Below, piece by piece: positions 1-8,358 of a DNA stretch of 64,000 nt (position 1 is its first letter; each line of letters begins with the position of its first letter). Origin of the DNA: an uncultured Clostridia bacterium (GTDB lineage Bacteria > Bacillota > Clostridia > Christensenellales > CAG-917); contig CANQNC010000002.1 in the NCBI GenBank assembly GCA_947625145.1, positions 22,576 through 86,575 of the forward strand, in the 5' to 3' direction. The notes beneath the pieces are model-generated. The model worked only from the letters and a program-made list of their open reading frames with translations, was not told where the DNA came from and made no database searches. The translations under genes and the position numbers were made by a program.

Positions 1-214
1 GTCCTATCGGGCCGATGGGACCTTGAGGACCTTGAGGGCCGGGAGGGCAGGAGCAGGAAGAGGCGGAAAGCCCGCATCTGCAATTGCTCATGCCCATCCA
101 AGAGCCTCCGCCCATGCCATTGCCGAAAGAAGGATTTGCGCCGTTGCCACAGCCGCAACCCTGAAAGGGATAACCCGCGTTTGCGGAGTTGTTGCATCCG
201 AAATTGAAAAACAT
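1..214 (-). CDS. Collagen-like (Gly-X-Y) protein with Cys/Gly/Asn-rich N-terminus, probable spore-surface protein; partial, runs off the window edge
   Basis: Not in the ORF track. Manual translation from ATG at 214 (AGGAGG RBS upstream): MFFNFGCNNSANAGYPFQGCGCGNGANPSFGNGMGGGSWMGMSNCRCGLSASSCSCPPGPQGPQGPIGPIG..., open to position 1. Confidence 0.85.
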   Translation of the reverse strand, partial: MFFNFGCNNSANAGYPFQGCGCGNGANPSFGNGMGGGSWMGMSNCRCGLSASSCSCPPGPQGPQGPIGPIG

Positions 215-380
215 ATTGATGACCTCCTCTGAAATATGTACGGCTTGCGAGGCGGCCCGATATATCCTATTCTCAAAACGAAAACTGCGTGAATATTTTG
301 CGCTCAAACGGCGATTTGCCCATGAAAAACGCGCAGGCGTATATAATAGGAAAAAATCTTTCCGAAGCGCCGCAAAACGT

Positions 381-410
381 TTGACAAACCGCGCTTATAT
401 TTGTTATAAA
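381..410 (+). promoter_or_regulatory. Putative sigmaA promoter for the 446 gene
   Basis: TTGACA 381-386, 18-nt spacer, TG-n-TATAAA 402-410. Confidence 0.55.
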
Positions 411-445
411 TAAATAGACAACTAAGACGTCACGGAGGCTTGGAT

Positions 446-1879
446 ATGCAAGAGGAGTCGAAAACGCAAAAGGCTGTCGAGCGCAGGGCGGAGACGCTCA
501 GGCAAAGAGGCATGTCGAGCGAAGGACTTGTGCAAAAGATAATCGCGGAGGAGTTCGCGCGTCCCGAGGAATATCGCAAGGAGATCGGCAAGGGCAGATT
601 GAAGGCGCAAATGTGGGACAGGATGCAATATCTTTTCAGAAATTTTTACGATCGCATGGAGCATATGAGGCTCAGTTTCGAGGGGTTTTTCGACGTCGCG
701 GCGCTCTCGGACGCGCTGATGTACGCAATAGAACGCGCCCCCGTGCTCCATTCGAGCTTTCATACGACTCCGCTTCGGCCATATTGGCGGATAGAGGACT
801 ACAAAATCGGCGACTTCTTGACCGTGGAAAAGGCGGAGGATCCCGAAGAGGCGGCGGAGCGCTTTTTGCAAACGCAAATACCATCCAAATCCAACGCTCA
901 GCTGAGGCTGGGCTTGTTCGAGGGGGCAGAGGGCACTGAGCTTGCGCTTGTCGTCAACCACATGTGCTTTGACGGAGGCGACCTCAAATATTTTGTCTAC
1001 ACTCTGTTCGACAACTACGGCAAGCTGCTTGCGGGGGACTTGGACGGCGTGAGGATCAAGCGCGGAGATCGCGCGTACGAGCAGGTTTATTCCAAATTTG
1101 AGGGGGAACAGCTCAAGCACGCGCGCGGGCTGTACAAAAACACCGCTAAGTGCAAGGACAAAGTGGGGCTTCCCTTCGCGAAGCCGAAAAAGACGGATAC
1201 GAACAGGATACTCCGAAAAAAGCTGTCCGAGGAAGGTACGGCGGCGCTCGTCGCAAAGTGCAAACGCGAGGGGATCACCGTAAACGACGCCATCATGGCA
1301 TGTTATGCGCATGCGGTCGCGCGACTTTTGGAGCTTGAGGAGGGGCAAACCGCCACCTTCTCCTGCGCGATAGACCTACGCAGGCACATAAAAAACGGCG
1401 GGCTGGACGGCGGCCTCACCAATCACACCGCGTGGCTTGCGTGCAGAGTGCCCGCGTCAGACCTGTTTTGCACGCTTGACGAGATCCGCAAAAGCATGAA
1501 CGCATACAAGCTCGACCCGTACATAGGGCTGTACTCCCTGCCTCTTTTGAAGTTGGGCTTCACGATATTCCCGCAACCGCTGGCGGAGTTTGCGATAAAG
1601 CTGGGGTACGACAATCCGAGGCTTGCAATCAGCAACATGGGCAGGTTGGACGACGCCCGTCTCACCCCGCGCGGCATGGCGCTTAAGGGCGGCTCCATCA
1701 CGGGCACGACAAAATACAAGCCCTATTTCCTGATGTCCGTGACGACCTTGAAAAATGCCGTCACCATATCGACGGCGTACAGGGGAAGCGACGCGGACGC
1801 GGAAATGATGGACAGACTTTTCGAGCTGATCGCGGCAAGCATCTCTGTTTTTACGGAAGCGGAGAAAGCGCGCGCGTGA
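446..1879 (+). CDS. Stand-alone condensation-domain / alcohol acetyltransferase-like CoA-dependent acyltransferase
   Basis: NHMCFDGG matches the HHxxxDG motif with the second His kept; GITVNDAIMA, IDLRR and ISNMGRL motifs are typical of the family; GGAGG at 434-438 favours ATG 446 over TTG 440. Confidence 0.8.
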   Translation: MQEESKTQKAVERRAETLRQRGMSSEGLVQKIIAEEFARPEEYRKEIGKGRLKAQMWDRMQYLFRNFYDRMEHMRLSFEGFFDVAALSDALMYAIERAPVLHSSFHTTPLRPYWRIEDYKIGDFLTVEKAEDPEEAAERFLQTQIPSKSNAQLRLGLFEGAEGTELALVVNHMCFDGGDLKYFVYTLFDNYGKLLAGDLDGVRIKRGDRAYEQVYSKFEGEQLKHARGLYKNTAKCKDKVGLPFAKPKKTDTNRILRKKLSEEGTAALVAKCKREGITVNDAIMACYAHAVARLLELEEGQTATFSCAIDLRRHIKNGGLDGGLTNHTAWLACRVPASDLFCTLDEIRKSMNAYKLDPYIGLYSLPLLKLGFTIFPQPLAEFAIKLGYDNPRLAISNMGRLDDARLTPRGMALKGGSITGTTKYKPYFLMSVTTLKNAVTISTAYRGSDADAEMMDRLFELIAASISVFTEAEKARA

Positions 1880-1903
1880 TAGAGGTAAAACGGATATAAT
1901 GTC

Positions 1904-1931
1904 AAAAACGGCGCTTTACGCGCCGTTTTTT
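1904..1931. terminator. Bidirectional intrinsic terminator between convergent genes
   Basis: AAAAACGGCGC-TTTAC-GCGCCGTTTTTT. Confidence 0.85.
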
Positions 1932-1964
1932 GATATATAAAACATTGATTTTGAAAAATAATTC

Positions 1965-2651
1965 CTATTTGTACAAGTGCTCTTTGAAAGAATCCATGGC
2001 GGAATGTTTTTTCTCCTTGCCGTTGGCAAAGCGTTTTATGCGCACGCGATATCCCTTTGCGACGTGTTTGCGTCTTGCGCGCATAAACAGCAAAGTCAGT
2101 TTCAGCGCGAGTTGCACGACGGCGACAAGCAGAGTGACGCCTAGGATGAGATAGCGCAAAAATCCCGCGCCGTGCGCGTCCGTCAGCGCGACGATCTGCA
2201 TGATGGCAAGCACGATGAAGGCGATGTTCATGAAGGTCTTCAAAATGGAGAAGAGCTTTTTGAAAACTTTCGCCTTTTCCCCCGAGCGTTTCGGGTTGTC
2301 AAAGGCGAACGCGATCAGCCCTATGAATATGCCCACATACAGCACCATCACTCCGATCAGGACGTAGGAAAAAACGTGGTCCACCCAGCGCCTAGAGATG
2401 AGGAAGCAGGTGGACGCGATGGTGTAGATCGTGGAGATAAGGGTCCACACAACGCTCAGGCGGCTGACCAAACTCACGCGCTTGTCCTTGGCTTTGACCT
2501 CCTCGATCGCGCGCCGAATTTCCTCTTCTTCGTATTGCGAAAGGTCCACGCCCTCTTCGGCGTAGTCCTTTGGGACGAAGCGGGGTTTGCGACGGCTTCC
2601 GCGCCGTTTTTCCGCCTTTGGCTTTTTGGTTTTTTCCTCGTCGTTTTCCAT
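1965..2651 (-). CDS. Hypothetical membrane protein (about 4 TM segments, charged N-terminus)
   Basis: Four hydrophobic stretches in the ORF; start taken as MENDEEK because the longer ORF overlaps the upstream gene end and a hairpin; start uncertain. Confidence 0.7.
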   Translation of the reverse strand: MENDEEKTKKPKAEKRRGSRRKPRFVPKDYAEEGVDLSQYEEEEIRRAIEEVKAKDKRVSLVSRLSVVWTLISTIYTIASTCFLISRRWVDHVFSYVLIGVMVLYVGIFIGLIAFAFDNPKRSGEKAKVFKKLFSILKTFMNIAFIVLAIMQIVALTDAHGAGFLRYLILGVTLLVAVVQLALKLTLLFMRARRKHVAKGYRVRIKRFANGKEKKHSAMDSFKEHLYK

Positions 2652-2749
2652 ATTTAGCAGTCGGGCTGCCTTACGGCAGCCCATTTTGTTTTTTTGCCAA
2701 CAGAATTTCGCGTTTCCGCTTAGAGCTTCTGCCTGTTCAGGCTCCGAAG

Positions 2750-3664
2750 TCAAATCTCCTTTGCGGCGGCGCGGCGCAGGAAGTCCTCGACAAGCACGAC
2801 GTTTTCCTTTGCGGCTCCCTTTGTCCAGTTCAGAGGATATGTATGGTTGTCGAAGAATTTTGTGGAGTGATGCTGTTCGACATGTACTCCCAAGCCTTGC
2901 AACTTTTCAATGAGTTTTTGCCCTTGACCCTTGCAGAAGATGTCCTTTTCGGCGTATGTGATGAAGGAGATGGGGAAGGTCGCGTCCGCAAGTTCGTAGG
3001 GCGCGAGGACGGATTTGTATTCATACTCGTCAAGCTGTTTGATGTGAATGCCCGAGAAGTCGTACAGCACGCTGTCCGTCAGGTTGAAGGGCAGTTTGTG
3101 GCTGAGCGCCTCGGACACGTCGTAGATGCCGCAATTGAGCATCGCCGTGCGGAAGCGCAGGTCCGTATGCTCGCCGAAAGTGTCTTGCAACTCTTTGTTG
3201 GTCGCCACGCACGCCAACAGAGCGGAGTAGTATCCGCCCGCCGAATCGCCCGACACGCACATGTTGTCGAGGTCGAGGTTGTACTTTTCGGCGTTGGCGC
3301 CCACCCAATTCAGCGCGCGCACAAGCTGTTGAATGCCCGCGGGGAAGTGCTCCTTGGGGCCGAGCGCGTAGTTGACGTTGACCACGAAGTATCCCATGTT
3401 GGCGACCCATTTGGCAAGTCCTCTGCGATGATGTTTGTCACCCGCAACAAACCCGCCGCCGTGTATCTCGAAAAACACGGGATATTTTTCATCACCCTCT
3501 TTTTTGACGTAGTAGATGTCCAGCTTTTCCTTTTCGGTTTCGCCGTAAGGGATGTCGAGTTCGATTTCAAAATCGACGTCCTTGAATTTCAGCATCTTTT
3601 TTTCGTTTTGAGATTTATCGAACATCTTGTCGATGGCGATAAACAATGTTGTTGCGAGCGACAT
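2750..3664 (-). CDS. Alpha/beta hydrolase, hormone-sensitive-lipase-type esterase/lipase
   Basis: HGGGF oxyanion motif, GDSAG nucleophile elbow, C-terminal Asp (EKD) and His (NHTY); GAGGTGG RBS. Confidence 0.9.
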   Translation of the reverse strand: MSLATTLFIAIDKMFDKSQNEKKMLKFKDVDFEIELDIPYGETEKEKLDIYYVKKEGDEKYPVFFEIHGGGFVAGDKHHRRGLAKWVANMGYFVVNVNYALGPKEHFPAGIQQLVRALNWVGANAEKYNLDLDNMCVSGDSAGGYYSALLACVATNKELQDTFGEHTDLRFRTAMLNCGIYDVSEALSHKLPFNLTDSVLYDFSGIHIKQLDEYEYKSVLAPYELADATFPISFITYAEKDIFCKGQGQKLIEKLQGLGVHVEQHHSTKFFDNHTYPLNWTKGAAKENVVLVEDFLRRAAAKEI

Positions 3665-3809
3665 ATTTCCACCTCTATGTTTTTATTAACCAATTTTAGC
3701 ACACGTCTTGTCCTTTTGCAACAGGTTGACAAGATTTTGCCCTTCCGCCGCGCGACCCGTCATACGCGCATGCCCCGCGACGCGCCATACGCGTATGCCT
3801 CGCGCCCTG

Positions 3810-4409
3810 TCACGGCTTCCGCAATTTTCCGTTCAGCCCCTTGATGAGGAAGCACCGCCCCTCCACGCAGTCAAGACTTATTGGCCCGTAGACCCTGCAA
3901 TCCAGCGAAAAGTTGCGGTTGTCCCCCATGCAGAAGATATATCCTTCCGCGACCTTCCATATGCCCGTCTCTTCGGGGGACATGGGCTGATTGATATACG
4001 GCTCGGCAATGGCGGCTCCGTTCAGAAACACTTTGCCGTCCTTCACTTCCACTGTGTCTCCCGCGACGCCGATGACGCGCTTGACGAGGGATCTGTCCTC
4101 CGAGTCCCAGCCGGGAGTGAAAACCACGATATCTCCTCGGCGGATCTTCGCGAGGCGGTTGAGATATAGGATCTCCCCGTTTGTGGGATCTCCGTCCGAC
4201 TCCGCTCCCGCGCCGCCGTCCAGAGTGGGATACATGGACACGCCCTCCACCACAAACGTGGATATCACGCACAGCTTGACGATAAGCGCGGACGCTACGG
4301 CAAGCACGACGACCAAAAGCACGATCACCGTGATGATGATCGCCTTGTTGCGCGGACGGGGAGCCAACATCCCGCCGTCTAGGTTGGAAGCGTCAAATTC
4401 GTTCGACAT
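3810..4409 (-). CDS. lepB: Signal peptidase I
   Basis: Single N-terminal TM; GVSMYPTL (Ser), RGDIVVF, LVKRVIG (Lys), GDNRNFSLDCR boxes. Confidence 0.93.
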   Translation of the reverse strand: MSNEFDASNLDGGMLAPRPRNKAIIITVIVLLVVVLAVASALIVKLCVISTFVVEGVSMYPTLDGGAGAESDGDPTNGEILYLNRLAKIRRGDIVVFTPGWDSEDRSLVKRVIGVAGDTVEVKDGKVFLNGAAIAEPYINQPMSPEETGIWKVAEGYIFCMGDNRNFSLDCRVYGPISLDCVEGRCFLIKGLNGKLRKP

Positions 4410-4436
4410 ACAATGATTATATGGCAAAAAGCCCCT

Positions 4437-6101
4437 CTATATCCACAGGAAGTTGTTCAAGAGCACGTTTGCCGCGTCCGACACCGAGATCATCTTTGCG
4501 TTTGTAAACTTGGACATGTTGCGCCCCTCGTCGGACTTGAAGTCGGAAGCGCAAAGCAACAGCTTTTGCCAAAACTCTCCGCCTTTCAGATGAGCGCGCG
4601 CGGAATAGCGCTTGCCGTCGGGATGGACGTACACGCTTACGCGTATGTCGCGCGGCTCCTTTGAGTAGGCGTCAAAGTGAAGCGCGGAAGTGGCGGTGAG
4701 TTCGGATATCTCCTTCGCGCTTCTGCACACCGCGATCATGCCCTCGCTGACAGTCACGCCCTCTATGTCGTAGGGACCTTTCGCCTTGTGCAACACGCCT
4801 TTTTTCAGCACGAAGGACGGCGTTTTGACAAGGAATATGTCCATGGAAGAGCCGTTGTCGTAGATGATCTGCCGCTGTTCGGGGACGGAGGAGGATTGCG
4901 TTGCTCCCAGCTTTGCGGGGATGACCGCCTGAACGGGAGTGGAAGCCATGCTTCCGTCGCCGTATGCGCAGGTGGCGTACGCGATGGCGACTTCTGATGG
5001 GTTGGAGATGGGAATGTTTGCAATGTATTCGTGCAGACCCACCTTTTGCGGCTTTGCGGTCTCCACCCAATTTCTGAACAGGGGGGATATTTCGCCCGTG
5101 TTGGCGAAAATTTTTATGTTGTCCGCCTTGGATATGGTTTTTACGCGCACGTAAAGGGACTGCTCCATCGCCTCAAAACTCATCTGCGGAATGATGGGCG
5201 CGGGGGCGTCCTCCTCGAAACTGCTTCTGAGCCACTTCATCAGCGCGACGTACGCGGCTTCGGTGATCTGATTTTCCATACTGCGTACGATCAGCAGTTT
5301 TTTGTTTGCGCTTTTGACGAAGTTCAAAATGTCGCCCGCCCTGTCAACGTCGCTGTTTACGCTGAACACCGAGGTGATGAAAAAGGTGGGGCAGGTCACA
5401 AATTTTGCGTAAGTCTCCGCGCCAACTCCCGTGGAGTAGGCGATCTCCTCTTCCGTGGAGGGGACGTTGCCGAAGGAAAAGCGCGGCTCGCCGTGCGTCC
5501 AGCGATATCCGCCTCCGCATATCGGCGCCAAACAGCGCACTCTTCTGTCCATGCCCGCGACCTGCCATGCGAGATGTCCGCCCGCGCCTATGCCGATTAT
5601 GCCTATCCGACGCGCGTCCGCAAGGCGCTGCTCTTCAAGCAGACTTATCGCGCGCCTGACCAGCTTGCTCCACACAAACCAAGGGGATTGCCTCGCCGAG
5701 CCCTCTAGGTTGTTGAGGCGGGACATGCACGCGGGATACGCCGCAAAGGACAGGTCGGTGGGGAATGACGTGCGCGTTTTGTCGTCCTTGCGCGCGCCGC
5801 AGTAGTCGGGGACCGCCACGACATAGCCCTCATGCACCAGCCTTTTGATGAATTCCCCCATGTTGTCGCCTATGTCCTGCAACAGCAAAAGGGTAGGGCG
5901 CGCGTCCGCCCAGCGGTTGTCGTAATATATCTCTATATAAGCGCGAAGTCTGCCCTGCGCGGAGGTCTCGGACGTGAAAAACTGACGGGAGCAGACAAGA
6001 TTGCCCCACTCCTCAGCCGAGATTATTGAGCTTTCCAAGGGCGCTGTTGACGGATCGAAGCCCTCCCACACCTCTGTGGGCGTCAAAAATTTGAGTTCCA
6101 T
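4437..6101 (-). CDS. Alpha/beta-hydrolase-fold protein (acetylxylan esterase/dienelactone hydrolase-like) with a C-terminal beta-sandwich; nucleophile Ser apparently missing
   Basis: RRAISLL...DARRIGIIGIGAGG...DRRVRCLAPICGGG context matches the family but has GxGxG instead of GxSxG; start MELKF lies 7 nt after TATAAT. Confidence 0.7.
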   Translation of the reverse strand: MELKFLTPTEVWEGFDPSTAPLESSIISAEEWGNLVCSRQFFTSETSAQGRLRAYIEIYYDNRWADARPTLLLLQDIGDNMGEFIKRLVHEGYVVAVPDYCGARKDDKTRTSFPTDLSFAAYPACMSRLNNLEGSARQSPWFVWSKLVRRAISLLEEQRLADARRIGIIGIGAGGHLAWQVAGMDRRVRCLAPICGGGYRWTHGEPRFSFGNVPSTEEEIAYSTGVGAETYAKFVTCPTFFITSVFSVNSDVDRAGDILNFVKSANKKLLIVRSMENQITEAAYVALMKWLRSSFEEDAPAPIIPQMSFEAMEQSLYVRVKTISKADNIKIFANTGEISPLFRNWVETAKPQKVGLHEYIANIPISNPSEVAIAYATCAYGDGSMASTPVQAVIPAKLGATQSSSVPEQRQIIYDNGSSMDIFLVKTPSFVLKKGVLHKAKGPYDIEGVTVSEGMIAVCRSAKEISELTATSALHFDAYSKEPRDIRVSVYVHPDGKRYSARAHLKGGEFWQKLLLCASDFKSDEGRNMSKFTNAKMISVSDAANVLLNNFLWI

Positions 6102-6388
6102 ACTGCACATTATAGCCCAAAACACCCGCAAAGTAAAGATATAAAAGGCACAACGCCATTGTTTTTATGTTTATGCCGCGGATTTGACGGGGGAGGACGG
6201 GCGCTTCGGACGCGCGCGCTTTGCCAAGCTCCGCGCTTGCCGTCCTTGCCAACCTTTCCACGCCGAGTTTGGCGTATTCCTCGCGCATGAGCGCCATCTC
6301 GCGCTCGTCGGGCAAAATCAGATCCGTATCCATATCCACCTCCGAGCATTTTATGCCGCAAAGCGGAAAGGCGTGCGCACGCATGATT

Positions 6389-6417
6389 GCATAAAAATTC
6401 GGTTTGCTCACAGAATA
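6389..6417 (+). promoter_or_regulatory. Putative forespore (sigmaG-type) promoter
   Basis: GCATA 6389-6393, 17 nt, CAGAATA 6411-6417, followed by GGGAGG RBS. Confidence 0.45.
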
Positions 6418-6432
6418 TGTCGGGAGGAAGTT

Positions 6433-6849
6433 ATGAAAATATTCAGAGAAATCGTAAGAAACACCGCAATGGGAGCGCAATCCATAGACAACATTTTGCC
6501 GTATGTGGAGTGCGACAAGCTGAAAAATCTTATCCTTTCGCAAAAAGAGGTCATGGAAGATTTTTATCGGCGCGGCAAACAGGAACTGGGCGACGACGAG
6601 CTTGAGGACGCAAAGACGAAGCCCGTTCAGCGCATGATGCTCAAAGCGGGCGTGAAGATGAACGCGGGCTTTGACAACAGCAATTCGCATCTTGCAAGCA
6701 TGCTGATCGACGGCTACAACATGGGCATAACCAGCGTGCAAAAATGCATCAACGAGCTGAACCGCGACGGCGTGGAAGTCCCTGATATGGCGCGGGACCT
6801 GATGAAGGTCTACGACAAAAACATAAAGACGCTTCGCAACTATCTGTGA
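6433..6849 (+). CDS. Small helical hypothetical protein (138 aa), probably sporulation-associated
   Basis: GGGAGG RBS then ATG 6433; native codon usage; followed by a terminator. Confidence 0.75.
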   Translation: MKIFREIVRNTAMGAQSIDNILPYVECDKLKNLILSQKEVMEDFYRRGKQELGDDELEDAKTKPVQRMMLKAGVKMNAGFDNSNSHLASMLIDGYNMGITSVQKCINELNRDGVEVPDMARDLMKVYDKNIKTLRNYL

Positions 6850-6910
6850 CTGCCGTCTGTGATTATCTGTGACGCTCGTCCGTAAATATCCGTGACTGTC
6901 GCTATTATCC
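6841..6910. repeat. Degenerate 23-bp tandem repeat (3 copies)
   Basis: TATCYGTGAC at 6841, 6864, 6887. Confidence 0.65.
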
Positions 6911-6943
6911 TTGATCGCCGTCGGCGGAAGTCTCAAAGCGGAC

Positions 6944-6973
6944 AAAAAGCGCAACTTGCCGTTGCGCTTTTTT
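6944..6973. terminator. Bidirectional intrinsic terminator
   Basis: AAAAAGCGCAAC-TTGCC-GTTGCGCTTTTTT between convergent genes. Confidence 0.85.
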
Positions 6974-6977
6974 CCGT

Positions 6978-7532
6978 TCAGCCGAAAAGCTTGTCAAGGA
7001 CTTCTTTTATCCACGACTTGTACACGATCTTTTCCCCGCCCGAGCCGGACGGCACAAAGCAAAGGGGAGGGAACGCGACGCACCACCAATTGTCTCCCGC
7101 GCCGCTTCCAAGGTTTATGACAAGCGCTTCATAGTCCCCTTCGGGAAACACATAGCCCTCGTAATCCCTGTCGGGAAAATGTTCGACTCCCAACCGAATA
7201 GAGGTTTTATATTCAAAATCGTTTTCGTAAAGTGTGGAATTTGCGATTTCAACAAGTTTTTGTTCGCAAGCGATCAGCGCTTCGCGAGCCTCGTCTTTTG
7301 AGGCGCATCCCGCAAGTTCGTCTTGCAAAAACGCCGTGATTTTGTCGCGGACTTTCAGCTTGACGGCTTGGTCCTCTTCGCTGTTTGAGTTGGCGCGGAT
7401 GTGGATGCGTATGCACTCGTCCGCAAGCGCGGGGCGCCGTGTGCAGGCGCAAAGGCAAACGGACAAAAGGGCGGCGATCAACAATATGACGGAAAGGAGG
7501 ATAGAACGACGGATATGTACGGAAGTTTTCAT
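6978..7532 (-). CDS. spoIIR: Stage II sporulation protein R
   Basis: IRIHIRANSNSEEDQAVKLKVRD, FPDRDY...PEGDYEAL, GAGDNWWCVAFPPLCF signature; N-terminal signal-like segment from ATG 7532. Confidence 0.95.
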   Translation of the reverse strand: MKTSVHIRRSILLSVILLIAALLSVCLCACTRRPALADECIRIHIRANSNSEEDQAVKLKVRDKITAFLQDELAGCASKDEAREALIACEQKLVEIANSTLYENDFEYKTSIRLGVEHFPDRDYEGYVFPEGDYEALVINLGSGAGDNWWCVAFPPLCFVPSGSGGEKIVYKSWIKEVLDKLFG

Positions 7533-7537
7533 GCCCT

Positions 7538-7567
7538 GATTGTTGCCGCAAAAGAAGATTTTTATTC
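7538..7567 (-). promoter_or_regulatory. sigmaF-type promoter of spoIIR
   Basis: Minus strand GAATA-15 nt-GGCAACAATC; spoIIR is sigmaF-dependent in Bacillus and Clostridium. Confidence 0.7.
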
Positions 7568-7598
7568 TTCCTCGGAAACATTCGGGCGGGCGGACTTT

Positions 7599-7627
7599 GC
7601 ATAAAAATCGGGCGCGTATGCAAACTA
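7599..7627 (+). promoter_or_regulatory. sigmaG-type promoter of sleB-ypeB
   Basis: GCATA-17 nt-CAAACTA; sleB is sigmaG-dependent in Bacillus. Confidence 0.7.
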
Positions 7628-7644
7628 GGGCTATCGAGGTGAAT

Positions 7645-8346
7645 ATGAAAGCGAAAACAGGGATTTTTAAGACGCTTGCGGTCTGCGCGCTTGTCGTCTG
7701 CGTGCTCGCCGCGTTGACCTGCGCCGTGTTCGCCCCCGAGCGCGACGGCGTGGCGGAGGCGGCGGTGTTGAAGCAAGGCTCCACGGGCGCGCTTGTCAAG
7801 ACCCTTCAGACCAAGCTGATCAATTGGGGCTATATGACGGGGAAGGCAGACGGCATTTTCGGCTCAAAGACAAAGGCGGGAGTGATCAAGTTTCAAAAGC
7901 GCAACGGGCTGACGGCGGACGGCATTGTCGGCACAAAGACGGCTCAGGCGCTCGGGATGTCGCTCGGCGGCTCTTCAAATTCGGGCGGCGGCTCGTCCTC
8001 GACGGATCTGAACCTTCTGTCGCGCGTGGTGTACGGAGAGGCGAGAGGGGAGCCCTATACGGGTCAAGTCGCGGTCGCGGCGGTCGTGCTGAACAGGGTC
8101 AAAAGCTCCTCCTTCCCAAACACCGTGGCAGGAGTCGTGTATCAAGCGGGGGCGTTCGACTGCGTTTCGGACGGACAGATCAACATGTCGCCCTCACAAA
8201 GTTGTATCAACGCGGCAAGGGACGCGCTCAATGGTTGGGATCCGACCTACGGCTGTTTGTACTATTACAATCCGCGCACCGCGACAAACAAGTGGATGCT
8301 GTCCCGCACGATCAAATTGAAGATCGGAAATCATTCGTTCTGCTAA
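7645..8346 (+). CDS. sleB: Spore cortex-lytic enzyme (peptidoglycan-binding + Hydrolase_2 domains)
   Basis: Signal peptide; DGIFGSKT...ADGIVG PG-binding motif; VYGEARGEPYTGQVAVAAVVLNR, GWDPTYGCLYYYNP, IGNHSFC; GAGGTG RBS. Confidence 0.95.
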   Translation: MKAKTGIFKTLAVCALVVCVLAALTCAVFAPERDGVAEAAVLKQGSTGALVKTLQTKLINWGYMTGKADGIFGSKTKAGVIKFQKRNGLTADGIVGTKTAQALGMSLGGSSNSGGGSSSTDLNLLSRVVYGEARGEPYTGQVAVAAVVLNRVKSSSFPNTVAGVVYQAGAFDCVSDGQINMSPSQSCINAARDALNGWDPTYGCLYYYNPRTATNKWMLSRTIKLKIGNHSFC

Positions 8347-8358
8347 TGGAGGTGAAAT

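Noticed and set aside
3810-4409. lepB as the dedicated protease for the DALAA linkers
   Set aside because: Lies about 27 kb from the giant gene among unrelated genes and looks like an ordinary signal peptidase I; proximity is not evidence
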